Assembly: GCA_038087875.1 (NCBI GenBank)
Contig: CM075983.1
Location: 14,136,001 to 14,200,000, forward strand
Length of the DNA: 64,000 bases
Direction of reading: 5' to 3'
Source: Malacoraja senta
Lineage: Eukaryota
The translations under genes and the position numbers were made by a program. Every line of letters begins with the position of its first letter. The first letter of the stretch is position 1. This document shows positions 26,975 to 40,122 of this stretch, piece by piece. The notes beneath the pieces were generated by a model that saw only the letters and a program-made list of their open reading frames with translations, had not been told where the DNA came from and searched no databases.

Positions 26975-27185
26975 TTAAGATAGACACAAAGTGCTGGAAT
27001 AACTCAGTGGGTCAGGCAGCATATCTGGAGGAAAAGGATGGGTGACATTTCATGTTGGGACCCTTCTGAAGAAGAAGGGTTCCGACCCAAAACATCACCC
27101 ATCCTTTTCTCCAGAGATGCCATCCCCCGTTGAGTCACTCCAACACGGTCTCTATCTTTGCACTTTAAACCAGCATCTGCAGTTT
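26975..27185. mobile_element. Inverted (head-to-head) pair of Penelope-derived units
   Basis: The two halves are reverse complements meeting at CCCTTCTGAAGAAGAAGGG. Confidence 0.7.
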
Positions 27186-29468
27186 ACGAATAGGAGAATT
27201 TTCAAAATGTCGGATGATTTTTTAAGTCAGGCGATTTGTTATTGGTTACCATTATAAATCCAAATTGCTATTTTCCACTGATTTGAAAGGAGCACAATAG
27301 ACTAATAAACTATACAGAATTCCCAAATCAAAACCTTCATGACATATTCTTTTCAAAAAAGAATACATTTTCTCAGTCAAGTCAAGATGCAAATTACCAA
27401 GATCTGAAGCAGCAACTCACATCCATTAAGGCAACGGAAATGACTACAAATATCCTCCAAGCAGTGATATACTGCATAATTTGCTCAAAATCCTACCATT
27501 TCGCAATAGCAGCATCAAACCATTTCCCCTAATCAAGTGTATTTCGAAGAAAGTGTATCACATACCATATGCATTACAATTTGTCAAAATTTCAACAGAT
27601 TGATTTTATGCTGGTTTCACTCCAACTCATGGCCATTAAGAACACTAAGTTTTGCCACCAGCTACTTGCTGTAAATTATCCTTAAGAATCAGTACATCTT
27701 TGGGATGTGATTGGAAACCCAAGCACCTACAGCATGAACATGCAAATACCATAGAGACAAAGAATAGGATTAAAAGCAGAGTTGCAGGAGTAGTGAGGCT
27801 GCAGAATTACTTTCCGCACCGTGACACCTTTTGTTATTTGAAACAAAAAAAAATACCTCGCCAGCTCAAAACATTTGAAAATCCTTGTTTTACTCCCATA
27901 TTTTAAACTGGGTGTTAATTTAAAGGATATGGAGAAAACATTATCTCCATAAAATGACCTCCACGACAGCTTTTGAAATGCCTAATTTATAAAGGACAAA
28001 CACCTTGATTCCAGTAATCCGTTTATAACACCATCTTCCAACAAATTTGCATGCAACACAGCAGCCTAACGTAGACTTACATAATATGTGGTCCAACCTG
28101 ATTGCCAAGTTTAACCAATTTCCCCAGACATCTTGCTTTACAGATTGTAAAATAACCCATGCAGAAATGTACAGCATATCAAGCATTATAGGCCCTTTAA
28201 CCACATATTGGGCAAACATTATGGAGCTCATGGCACTTACATTTCCCCATTTCTGTATGTAGCAATTTACAGTAAATCAGAAAGTGGTTTGGTATTTTCA
28301 ACAGTTTGTGAAGAAAAGGCAAAAGCCAAAACAAAAGAACCAATTCTGCAATCATACTTCAACTGTACCTGAGAATACATGGCATTTGTTGACCTCATGG
28401 TTGATGCAAGACACCTCAAAGGATCAGTTGCATCTCTTAGGACTTTGTACACTTTTTAATTTCCAACATGTGTATGGGATGGCATTTCATAAAGAAAACA
28501 ATTCTACCCAAGCATCATCCAATGGAATGAAAAACATGAAAATCAGGTAGATACAATTCTAGCATAATTAAATGTGACTAGTTATGTCTAAGTGTTTCAT
28601 GATCTCTTCAACACTTTGCCTCTAGGCTTTAGAAAAAGCCAAGTGCAAATTCAGTCAAACAAGTTTAAGCGCTTCCTTGATCTTTTATTTCAACATCCCC
28701 ACCCCCAATACTTCTGAAATAGGAACCAAACAGGATAAGGAAATGTTGTTATTGTTTTCAAAGTGCAGAAGGGAACAAGTTAAAAACAAATGTTTACTAT
28801 TATTGGTGTTAATTTGAACAATGTCAAGTTCTGCAACTCGTTCCTTGTCATTATTTCTTGTGAGAAGTGTACAAACCTTTCACAGCAAACTGTGCAAGCA
28901 TTTCAAATTCCCTTTGTGAATTGTTCTATTAGATCCAGCCGTGCTTTGAAGTACAATGAATGCAGAACACAGAAACTCCTGCCCTTTTAACTATCGCAAT
29001 TGTGAGTACTCCCTAACAAAATTAAAAAAATAAAAATAAACTAGTGTAATTAAACCAAAACTAATTAAAGAATAAGGTTTCAAAATACACTAAGTTTTCT
29101 CTTGACTAACTCTCGTTCAAATTAAGCAAAACTGAACACTTTGTTATGAAGAATCTCTTTCTGCTCCCCTTATGAGATAGCATTAACATTTTGAGCCATA
29201 AATTGCATTTTCCCTGTGCTTTGGCAACACTAATGTACAGTCTCAGTGTTGAGGTGGTACAGTTATTGACATTGGCCATTTTGAAGTTATAACACAAGAT
29301 TACATTACTTCTCCATTTGCAAGTAAAATTATGCAATTAGGTCAGGTTGAATACCCAATTTTTAATGCATTGGTTACATAACTACAAATTACCTCTAAAT
29401 GTGCCAGCATACAAAGAATGCATAGGATCCAAACACCACAGCGTCAAAAAAGGATTAAACTGATAACC

Positions 29469-29600
29469 ATGTAGGAACGAACTGCAGATGCTGGTTTAAA
29501 TCGAAGATACACAAAATGCTGGAGTAACTCAGTGGGACAGGCAGCATCGCTGGAGAGAAGAAATGGATGATATTTCGGGTCGAGACCCTTCTTCAGACTG
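29469..29600 (-). mobile_element. Short Penelope-derived unit, sense to UBL3 intron 1
   Basis: Minus strand CAGTCTGAAGAAGGGTCTCGACCCGAAATATC...CCAGCATCTGCAGTT. Confidence 0.75.
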
Positions 29601-31499
29601 TACTTTTTGCAGCTCCTCTGCACACTCCATAGTATGGCTTTATATTGGCAGCAATTCAGTTTCCCCGACCTTTTCTCATTCGGCACCTTTTGAGATCAAA
29701 CACAATTTGCTTCCATTCTAGTTTTGTCAATTCTAAAATGGATAATAACTTTTCCATGTTGAGGGCAGGTGGCAGCTAACAAGCCAGGCAACTGGGTAGT
29801 TTAAAAGCTGCAATGCTCCTTTAACCACTTTTGCAGAACTTCTGTGTACTCCTGATGACTAAGTTTCTCAGTATTCCACCCCCAAAACACCTCTTCTACT
29901 CGGGAGTGATCATGGGCCCGTTGTTCCCAGGAGTAATTGAGATGTTGCACTTTAAGTTTTGATAACATCCTTGTTTTCTCGCTGACCACCAAAACACCTC
30001 ATTTTATGATAGTCGGATAAGGAGTGCCTGGTTGGGCATTCTGGTGTTGACCATGCGTGTCATGCCTAGCCCAATGCAGCAGATAGAATAATTTTGACTT
30101 TAATGCTGGGAATGTTGATTGAGAGAGGACGCTGACACTGGTTTGCTCATCTTTTCACGTAATTGGGATTACTTTGGGTAGCTTTTGATGGCACGTTTCC
30201 ATTGTCAAAAGTATAAAAGGGCAGAGACAGATTTTGTATCGAGTAAAAAAAAACTGGGGGCAATGTACCTCGACACAATGTTGCACCTCTTCTCCAGAAA
30301 AAAACATTCATGGTGTAGAAACATGGCGTTGAGTCTGAAGTAAGGTCTGACCAAAACAGACGCATATCTGGTGTTCTCCAGACATGCTGAGTTACTCCAG
30401 AATGGTGTTCATTCTTGGTGTAGAGATAATCTTCAGAATAAATGGGAACTGGTTCATTCCACGGCAACTACATTCCAGACGCAAGGTTACCCAAACTTCT
30501 GTAGATCAGTGTAATTACATTCTCAATGTTGACCTGGGAAAGGATGCAGACATTGGTTCAATGAATTTGGAGGATTGTGCAGACTGCATTGGGTGTTTTT
30601 AAGGTACCCATTGTTGGTATTTCATGTCTTAAAACTGTATAGGAGGGCAAGGATGCCTGTACCTGGAAGGCCATTAGCTCGATGCTGGGTTTAAAGGCAT
30701 GATCTTCAAATTGCTTTTCCCCTCAAACAGCCAATTGCTGTACCGGAACACAAGTCAGTGGTGAATTTCATCTTCACTCACATTTGGCTCCCGAGTTATG
30801 GAAAGTGGTCCATGTTTTCTACATTCTCATCGAGTCAAGACTCATTTATCATATGTACCACAAAATAACAATTACATTCGTACTTGCGACAGGTTTACAA
30901 GCGCATGAACACAATAATACGCAAATAAAAATACAATGATCAGTGATACTAGGTTAACAGACCACTATAATGCAAGACCAAAGTACACGGTGCAGTCAAA
31001 ACAAAGTCCATTGTAGATCATAGTTGCCGAGGAAGGGTGACGTGGGTCTATGATGATATTAGTCGGCAGAAGTGTCTCCTGTACATCCTTTCAATGGTGG
31101 GGAGGTCAGTACCTGTGATGGAGCAGGCAATGTCTACCACTTTCTGCCGCCTCCTTTGTTCCTTTATGGACCTTTATTGTCAGGATTATTGTTGCACAAT
31201 AGGGAGAGGTTGGTAGAGGACATTTGTTTTGTGTATCATTATGAAAGCCCCATTGTCACATGCGTTGCAGTCAATATGCCAATGGCTTGGAGCTTAGCCT
31301 CTGAACACACATATATATATATAATTTATATATAGATATAGATATATAAAAGCATCACACATATACTGCTCATCAATGGTAAGCTTAGAATGACCTTCGT
31401 TCAGAAGTGAAATGGCATTCACTGTTTCCTCAAGAATCTTGTAAGTTGGTTTCATTCCAGGAATAAACACGGGGGCAAAGTGCAGCAATATAGCGATCT

Positions 31500-31890
31500 T
31501 CAAGGATCTCCCTGCAATGGATGCCCTCCACCGAAAACGGTGTCTGAGACGGGCCGGGAAGATCATCGAGGACCCCTCCCACCCTAACCATGGACTGTTT
31601 GCCCTCCTCCCATCAGGGAGGCGGTACAGAAGCCTCAGGTCTCGTACAAGCAGGATGAGGAACAGCTTCTTTAACAACACTATCACATTGCTGAACTCGG
31701 AGTCCCGCCGATAGATTTCTCCAGTCTCTCCGTCCACAATGTTTGCTCATTCTGTATTTTATTCTGTATATTGTTCTTGTTCTGTGCTTTTATTTCTATA
31801 TTGCAATATTGCTACGAGCAGACGCTAGACTGCATTTCATTGTACCCATACTTGTATCTGTGCAATGACAATTACAGTTGAATTGAATTG
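31500..31890 (+). mobile_element. Rex1/Babar LINE 3' end
   Basis: DPSHPNHGLFALLPSGRRYRSLRSRTSRMRNSFF...LLN, followed by a (TTGAA)n tail. Confidence 0.8.
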
Positions 31891-34484
31891 AAAAAAAAAA
31901 TCAAGACAGAGAGAAATAGGGCGATGAGCAATCTTTCCTGGCAAAAGCCTTGACCAAAAGTCCATTGCGGCCCCATTGATTAAAATAGTGGTTTGTATAC
32001 CATCATGCTGCAAAGGAGATAGACAAACTCCTGACAGTTGCTACATTTTAAAAGAATGCAGCATTTCCTTTGAATCAACATCAAAAAAGGATTCAAAATG
32101 TCTCAGTTGTGTGGAGGAGAACACGGCCATGAACTTAAGTGGATAGAAATAACACTGATTCAGCAGCACCTCGTCAGCCACTGTGACAGAGACAATTGAG
32201 GACCTTTGCAATGACCTTCCCTTCAGTAGACAGCAGGTACTCCCCCACTATGGCTACCACAATTCCTTTGGGACCTCTCTAAAGATAGTCATAATTACAG
32301 TCTCCCCAAAATCAAAGATACTTTCTTGTCTTTGTAGAAAGGAAGATAAAACCATGAACATGCACCTTAAGTTCTTTTCCACAGGTTTCAGAACTTGAGC
32401 AGAGAAAGCACAAGCTGACAAGGCCTTACTTTTCAGTTCCAGAATGTACAAAAGGCAGTGCACCAGCTATTCCTAAGAGACCAAGAACCTTGTTCTGCAA
32501 GAAACTGAACCAAAGTGTTCTCTATTGGTAACAGCCTGGTCAATGTTGTATGTCTCTCCCCAATAGTAGAGTTCTTGATTACCACCACATCCTGTGCAAT
32601 TACCGAGGTACTTCAAAGATGCACTCTTCAACCCACATCATATCACAGGTTCAACTTCCACATAAGACTTTGCTCTAACTCCAGCACACGGCCTCCACAT
32701 GGACCGGAAATGCTTTGCATCCACACGAGTACTGTTTCAGAATTTGTGGATATCAAGCTGATGTTAAATCAAATGTCATTGCACCAAGAGACCTTTGATT
32801 TCAAAACTGAATGATTTTGCATTGCTGTCATGTTTTGTTTAATAAAAATGACATTATACCCAATGTTATAGACCCCAAATCTTCAGTCTTTAAAGCTAGT
32901 CCCCAGGTTACGACGGGGTTTTGTCCTTGAGAATGGTTTGTAATCTGAACTGTCAATATGATTTTAAAAAATAACAAAGTGTGGAGCAGAGGATTACAGA
33001 AACAGCAATAATGGGATAACAAGCAAGCACCAGAAGACTGCCAACAGGCCGAAAAAAGTCAGTGAGCCTGCTTAGTACCTCCAACGCTGCTCAGCTTGAC
33101 CCAGCCCTCGATCATTACAGTTGTGGGGTGAGAGGTGGGGAAAAGGGTACCCCATTCCCTGCCAAAAGGATGCCTGTGGCTGTTCAGCAACCAACAAATC
33201 TAGCTGCATCCATCCCACTGGTTTACAAATGCGCATTCATATGCAGAGTGACCATATGTTGGACATTTCTAACCTAAGGAGGACCTCTATTTGCACAAAC
33301 ATTATACCTGGATAGGGCTCTTCAGGCAGGTGTGGTCCTCTCCTTCAATTGATGTACTCCCCATCTATAAACATGTTCATCTTTCATTGCTTCTTGGGCC
33401 AACATTATTACACATCAAAGCCACATTGGAAGAGAAATATATACTTTGGAATGTGGCTTTTGACATTTTCTAAAGAGTTTATCAAGATAAACATTGATGC
33501 CTCCTCCCAAGTAACAACACAACACCTTTCCATTTTCATCCATCCTGCTATACGTACTTATCAGGGTCTAACAGCAATTTGCCTATCAATCTTGCTTAAG
33601 TCAACCACTGTCCCTAGAGAAAATCTTGCATCACTTGTATTTAGGTACAGAAAGTTTGATCATTGAGACTAAGGCCTTCATCACTGTAGACATTGATATA
33701 TTGACATTCCTTTACTTGGGCAATTTTGCCCCCCCTTTCAAACCTATCAGCCCAAAACAGGATGAGTGTTTTCTTTCCTACAACCCTTTACTATCTTTCA
33801 TTTCTAGATTATTCCCTATTGCTTCCAAACTACTTATGTGCTGCCAGGATACTTATTTGACAGGCCAATTACATTGAGGAGACAGCAATTATGCTCAGTC
33901 TATCCCAGCTCTCAGAGCAAATTCCCCCTCCCCCTCTTTATTTCTAGCATCCAGAATCTATAACTTCATACATGCCTATGAAGACCACTGATTTTCTTAT
34001 TTTCTTACCACCCACCAACAAGAGGATCAGTTTACAGGAGATAACTAGCCTAACAAACTCTACATATTTGAGCAAGGGACAACCCAAACATCCAAAGGAA
34101 TTCAGAGACACAGGAAGAACATTCGAACTAAAGGTCACTGCAGCTTTAAGCCATCCACTCTTAACCAAGTCTAATTTCCAAATTTTAGTTAAACAACATG
34201 ACCATCGATGTATTCTTTCTGCATCCTGTTACAAGCAGAGAAGTGTCATATCATTCTTCCCTTCAAACATTCTCACGACCGAAGCTGGAACAATTACACC
34301 CTTAAACAGCATCTATTTCCTCATCCACGCTATTGAATAATTCCATTGTAACATCACTTCAATTAACCAGCACCAACAACCTTCCCCCTCTTCCTCGAAT
34401 CAAAATAATTAGAAGCCATCAAACCTATGAAAACAAAAATACCAAATTAGCGAACCAAATTAAAATCACTAAACAGAAACCTAC

Positions 34485-34508
34485 CTTATCAATAGGTGCA
34501 GCTGACAT
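34485..34508 (-). CDS. UBL3: UBL3 coding exon 1 (MSAAPIDK)
   Basis: ATG TCA GCT GCA CCT ATT GAT AAG|GTAGGT. Phase 0 matches the exon 2 acceptor, and the exon sits just downstream of a CpG-island promoter. Analogous to the short first coding exon of UBL3 (human MSSNVPADM). Confidence 0.85.
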
Positions 34509-34994
34509 CTTGCAGATGTTTTAAAATGTTGCTGCGGCCAATATAGACGGGAGAAGGCAGCAAGGGGGTTGACTACGACGTTGGAGAGCGGGTAGTAGGG
34601 GCGTGAAGGAAAGGATGAGAGACAAGTCTCAGACCCAAATTCAATCTATGAAGGCTCCCTAATATTTTTTTCTTCTGAATACAAGGAAGCGACTCAGCAG
34701 CCAGGAATGAATAGTTGCGGACACTGACAATGAAGGAAGGTAGGGAAGGTATGCAGGTAGATGATAGGTAGGCAGGCAGGCAGGAAGGCAGGCAGGCAGT
34801 CTAGCTAGTGGGCATGAGTTCTCTGCACTGACGTTGCTAGATTTTAATCGGTGGGGGTCGTTTTCTCGGGGGGGGGGGGGTTATGCAATCTACCTTAAGC
34901 CGAGGTAAAAGCTGTGGTAAAATGAGGGAGCAGCCGGTCCCAGTCTACTGCCCCAAGCACTGTCTATCTCAGTCTGCCCGCCGCCTGCTGATGT

Positions 34995-35024
34995 CCTTCC
35001 TTCCTTCCTTCCTTCCTTCCTTCC
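34995..35024. repeat. (CCTT)n microsatellite in the UBL3 5' region
   Basis: Directly visible tetranucleotide repeat. Confidence 0.9.
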
Positions 35025-35194
35025 CTCAGCAACCCCCGCTCATCCTGACAGCCTGTCTCCCGTAGAACTAAACCCCTTCCTTCCTCCCTCCCTCCCTCCG
35101 CCCCGGTCACAGGCTGCTGGAGCCCTTCCAAAAAGCAAACTGTGCGATCGCCCACCCGATCGCTTCTCCTTCACCCATCGCCTTCCCCCTTCTG

Positions 35195-35290
35195 TTTATA
35201 GCCGGAGCCAGCGACATGGCGGCCGTCGACCCCGGAAACCATCGCGCCACTTCCGCTCATGCCCACAGGGTTTCTGGGAAATGTAGTTCC
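35195..35290 (-). promoter_or_regulatory. UBL3 core promoter (housekeeping CpG-island type)
   Basis: ZNF143/THAP11-type motif GGAACTACATTTCCCAGAA (minus strand, 35290-35272), ETS motifs CCGGAA (35232-35237) and CACTTCCGC (35248-35256), YY1-like ACATGGCGGC (35214-35223), and TATAAA on the minus strand near 35195-35200. Confidence 0.7.
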
Positions 35291-35629
35291 CTACACCCAA
35301 AGATCCTAGAGGAGCCTAAATTGTCCCTGTGAACTCCTGGAGTAGACCAAGATAGATACAAAGTGCTGGAGTAACTTAGTGTGTCAGGCAGCATCTCTGG
35401 AGAAAAAGGAATATGTCATGTTTCGGGTCGAGACCCTTCTTCGGACTGAGATTCAGGGGAGAGGGAGCCGAGAGATTTAGAAGGTACGTAGAACAAATGA
35501 ATTAAAAAGATATTGCAAAAAGCAATTATGGGAATCAGGGAAAGGTGGAGCCCACAATGATCCGTTGTTGGCTGTGGGGAAGGTGATAACGAGTGATACA
35601 ATCAGTGAAATTTAGCAAACGTAATGTGG

Positions 35630-36151
35630 ATAGACACAAAATGCTGTAGTAACTCAGCGGGTCGGGCAGCATCTCTAGAAAAGGAATAGGCGACATTTCA
35701 GGTCGAGACCCTTCTTCAGACTGAGGGTCAGGTAAGAGGGAAATTAGGGGTATGAAAAGGTACAGAACAAATCAGAGCCGGCGCCGATGATCAAGGAAAG
35801 GTGGAGCCCACAATGGTCCATTGTGGAAGTGGTGACAACGGAAGGATATAGGGATGTGAACAGTGGAACTTACAGGATGACTAGGGTGGGGGAGGGACAG
35901 AGAGAGAGCGAGGGAATGAAAGAGTTAAATGAAATTAGAGAAATCAAAATCATATTTCTGGGTTGTAAGCTACCCAAGTGAAATATGAGGTACTGTTCAT
36001 CCAATTTGCATGTGGCCTCACTCTGGGAGTAGAGGAGGCCCGGGACAGAAAGGTCAGTATGGGTATAGGAAGGGGAGTTAAAGTGTGTGGCAACCGGAAG
36101 ATCACGTAGGCCCAGGCGGACTGAGTGAAGGTGTTCAGCGAAATGATCACC
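35630..36151 (-). mobile_element. Penelope-like element 3' remnant: GIY-YIG endonuclease C-terminus plus terminal unit with a hammerhead-like motif
   Basis: Minus-strand translation GDHFAEHLHSVRLGLRDLPVATHFNSPSYTHTDLSVPGL...KLDEQYLIFHLGSLQP is typical of PLE GIY-YIG ends. It is followed by CTGAAGAAGGGTCTCGACCTGAAATGTC. Confidence 0.8.
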
Positions 36152-36695
36152 TTGGTCAAGAATCGATGCTTTCTACATTGGCTTAATCAGCTACCTCAGA
36201 ACCAGAGTGGTAAAAGGTCACCATCGATCCTGAGGGGCTGCCTAAGAAAAAAAACTGTTTTGAAAACAGATAAGCAGATAATGAGATCAATAATACATAA
36301 ACCAATTTCTTGAAAAAAACAGATAACCAAAGATATTATTAATATTATATTTGGGAAAAGACCTGCTGGTCCACCTGGTCTGTCCCAGTCTAGTGTAACC
36401 TATGCATCATGTGACCTATACAAGGCAGTTTTAACTCCTCCAGAGCAATTAAGCTTTCAATGGGTAAAATTCCAAATCTGATAAAGAAAAAAATAGAACA
36501 ATTACTCTTCACGAAAAATGACTTGATGGTATATAAAGATTGTGAAAGCATTCAAAGACAAGAAGAAAGTAAAATGGCTCAAACTGTAAAGGATTTGAAT
36601 GAAGTTAATGGGAGAAAATGCCAATAAAATGAAGGAAAAACAAATGTGGCCAGAAAATGCTGAAATGTGTTTGATGCAAATGCAAGTTACATTGG

Positions 36696-36826
36696 TTGTA
36701 GGAAGGAACTGCAGATGCTGGTTTAAACCGAAGATAGATACAAAATGCTGGAGTAACACAGCGGGCCAGGCAGCATCTCTGGATTGAAGGAATGGGTGAA
36801 GTTTTGGGTCGAGACCCTTCTTCAGA
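36696..36826 (-). mobile_element. Short Penelope-derived unit flanked by a TSD
   Basis: 13-bp TSD CAAGTTACATTGG at 36683 and 36827; the element 5' end is at TCTGAAGAAGGGTC. Confidence 0.8.
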
Positions 36827-37576
36827 CAAGTTACATTGGACTTGCTTAAGCAAAAGACTGGGGTGTGGCCATCGGAGGCACGATTAAAGCAAAAGCCATG
36901 GGGAACACAGCATTATTTCCTCACAGAACAAAGTTTTAAAACAATTTCTTAATCTGCATTTAGATTTTGAAATCAAGAGGAAATCTGCGAACAATGGCAA
37001 CAGCATACTCTATAGATAGAAATGCAATATACACTACAATTAAAAACGTATTCCATGATTATTCATTCCCCACATTGTGAGTGGAGGGTGATCCATGGCA
37101 GTACCATTATACATTCTTTCAGAGGTACAATTCTTAATGGGATAACTTCCCTTTTCATTTTTTCTAAGATGGATTCTCTCAGAAACAGCTATCACTGCTG
37201 AAACAGCAAATTTCTAAGATAGAAACTGAAAAACAGAATGTTTTTCTTTGAACAGCTAAATTATGAACTCAGTCCTGTTTTCAACCTTATCTATCAGGCT
37301 TGCCTGTTGAATATTGAGTATTGATAATCTTTCACTACACACTAATCTTACAACTCAAGCAATGATCACCCTGGCCATATTCCCTTCACTATTCTCTTTC
37401 TTTTCCTGTTTTGGGTGTGTATCACGTACAATGAATATATCTGTCCTGATTAACACTTGAAGAATGGCTTCTTGAATGTGATATCAGAGGACAAACGGTA
37501 CCCTCAGGATGAGTACCAATCTATCTCAGTAGCTACTTTGGGGAGATGGAGAAAAGATGCAGTTTTGCGATCCTTT

Positions 37577-37852
37577 TTGATTGATTGAAAGATACAGCAT
37601 GGAAACGGGTACCTTGACGCCCCGAGACCACACTGACCATCGATCACCCATTCACACTAGTTCTATGTCATCCCACTTTCGCATACACTCCTTGCACAGT
37701 TGGGGCAATTTACAGAGGCCAGTGAACCTACATGCCTGCTCGTCTTTGGGATGTGACAGGAAACTGGAGCAGCCAAAGAAAACTAACACAGTCATAAAGA
37801 GAACGTGCTGACTCCACAAAGGCAGCAGCCGAGGTCAGCAGCTTTGCCACTG
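37577..37852 (-). mobile_element. HE1-type V-SINE, degenerate
   Basis: Reverse complement of the same SINE family, with a (TCAA)n tail. Confidence 0.7.
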
Positions 37853-38536
37853 TGACTATTTACTGACAAATGCAGTAGTGATCAGCATTACTTTCCCAGT
37901 ATCATCACTATTGTAGATAAAACATCTTAAGGCATGATAATTTATTTATTTTGATTTTAATGTAACTCAACCAATGAAAATGACCTTACAATTCAATTTC
38001 AGGCACCCAAAACACATCTCAAATGTAACTGTATTCTATTGACACCGTTTGACAAAGCAATTTCTCACTTCATTCAATTATTATATACAGCATTATTTAT
38101 TATAGATTTTATATAATATTTTCATCTTGAGATTCAATTAAGGAGCTGAACAACATGCCATTAAACCAATGGAATTTTACAAAAATAAAATCATGTATTT
38201 TCAATATATTTAGTTTATAGACGTAATATATATAATTTGAACAGTAACATTGACTGAACAAAGAAGATCTTGTATGCAAAAGTATTGTTTATTCATCACA
38301 TCTTGGACAGAGGTGTCATTGATTCATCACTGGTAAATAAACCTTTCATATCAAAAGCAATGCCCATTCATTTGGCATGCATAATGCATCATGTTAAACT
38401 TTTGATGCATAAGTTTCCATTTGATAGAACTTGAATTCTCATGTTATAAATTGCAGATATTTGCAAAAGCTCCTTTTGCCCTCACTTTCTCCCTCTTCCC
38501 CTGGTGATGCTGAATGTTCTGGGGTTATGGTTTCAG

Positions 38537-38848
38537 GGGCAACATGATGGTGCAGCGGTAGAGTTTTCTGCCTTACAGCGCCAGAGACCCGAGTTCGATC
38601 CTGACTATGGGTGCCTGTCTGTACAGAGTTTGAACGTTCTCCCAGTGACCTGTGTGGGTTTTCTCCAGGTGCACCAGTTTCTTCCCACATTCCAATGACA
38701 TAAATGTTTGTAGGTTAATTGGCTTCAGTAAAATTGTAAATTAACCCTAGTGTGTGTAGGATAGTGTGCGGGGATCGATGGTCGGTGAAGATCCGGTGGG
38801 CCGAAGGGCCTGTTTCAATGCTGTATCTCTAAACTAAACTAAACTAAA
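38537..38848 (+). mobile_element. HE1-type V-SINE, full length
   Basis: tRNA head with A/B boxes, V-domain and (AAACT)n tail. Confidence 0.85.
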
Positions 38849-39827
38849 ATCAGCAAGTCATGAGGAACTCAGGTGAACATTCTCCTTGTGTGAATCGAGA
38901 GAAAGTTCTTGATTTTTAGCATGTAGACTACTCGGGATCATTTTGCATCATTTACCCGAAACCATCAATTATTTATTCATATGTTGTCAGAACAATAATG
39001 GATTCTGCTTCTATCACAGTTTCTGGTTGAACTTTCGAGCCTAGGCTCTTCCTCCATGCTGTCCCTTAGCCCCTCCTATCTTCAACGTTCACTGATTATA
39101 GCTTAAATTGTGGCAAGCAGATTGAAAAGCTACCATGACTTTCCTACTTTCCTATCATTATCCAGATTACCATCCACCTTAAGTAGTTAGGAATGTGTTA
39201 ACCTCATCAAAATAAGGAAAGGAGGCTTTGTAGCTCATTACCACAATCTGAACTTTGAAAGCATGGACTGCTTCTTGTAACCAGACATCTAATTTTATGT
39301 GCTGGATTGCGTCCAAGATCCGTGCGTACACTCAGGCAGCCCGACTTTGTTCAGGAACAAGGAATTGGTTGGCATGGTTGGGAATTTTCATGGAACAAAA
39401 TGCAGCTTTTATATTTGAAGAGGCTGGTTGTGGTTGTCCTGAGACTGCAGCACCACAAATAAGCTAGGGAGGATGAATGTGGCTACGTGGGGGACGTGGC
39501 AGAACATTTACGCCTTGATGTTTAAAAGCACTATGTTCAAATGATGCCATTCTTCACATCAATTTAAAGATTCCTTTTAGCCATTTTGCTGTTAAATGCT
39601 CAATGGAATTCTACTGCCACTGTTGTTTCTATTATCTCTGAAACCCTCCACTTATTTTATCAGTACAGATTTAGAAGCCAGTCCTAGATACATTAAGAGT
39701 GCCATTCCTCTGCTTTGCTATTAGTGTTACTTTCGCCTTAGTCTATCCATGGAAAATAAAATCACCCATGTCATGCCATTGTTATTTCTGCTTTGTTATC
39801 CAAATATTTTTCTTGCCTTCTTTTGAT

Positions 39828-40122
39828 TGTTTAGTTTAGTTTATACTGGAGATCCCACGGCCCACCGAGTCCACACCGACCAAAGATCACCCATACACTA
39901 GTTCTATGTTATCCCACCGTTGCATTCTAACCACTAGGGGCAATTTAAACAAATTAGCCCACAAACCTGCACGACTTTGGAATGTGAGAGGAAACCGGGG
40001 CACTAGGAGAAAACCCACGGGTTCACAGGGAGAACCGTACAAGACAGTCGTAACAGTGCCTGCAGTCAGGATCGAACCCGGATCTCTGACGCTGTGTGGC
40101 AGCAACTCTACCACTCCACCAC
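39828..40122 (-). mobile_element. HE1-type V-SINE
   Basis: GGATCGAACCCGG B box on the plus strand and TTTAG tail repeats. Confidence 0.8.

Noticed and set aside
32200-33870. Several overlapping 60-105 aa ORFs in UBL3 intron 1
   Set aside because: No coherent homology; probably an ancient degenerate non-LTR remnant, too decayed to call.
38537-38610. tRNA genes at SINE heads
   Set aside because: The A/B boxes continue into the V-SINE body and tail, so these are SINEs rather than tRNAs.
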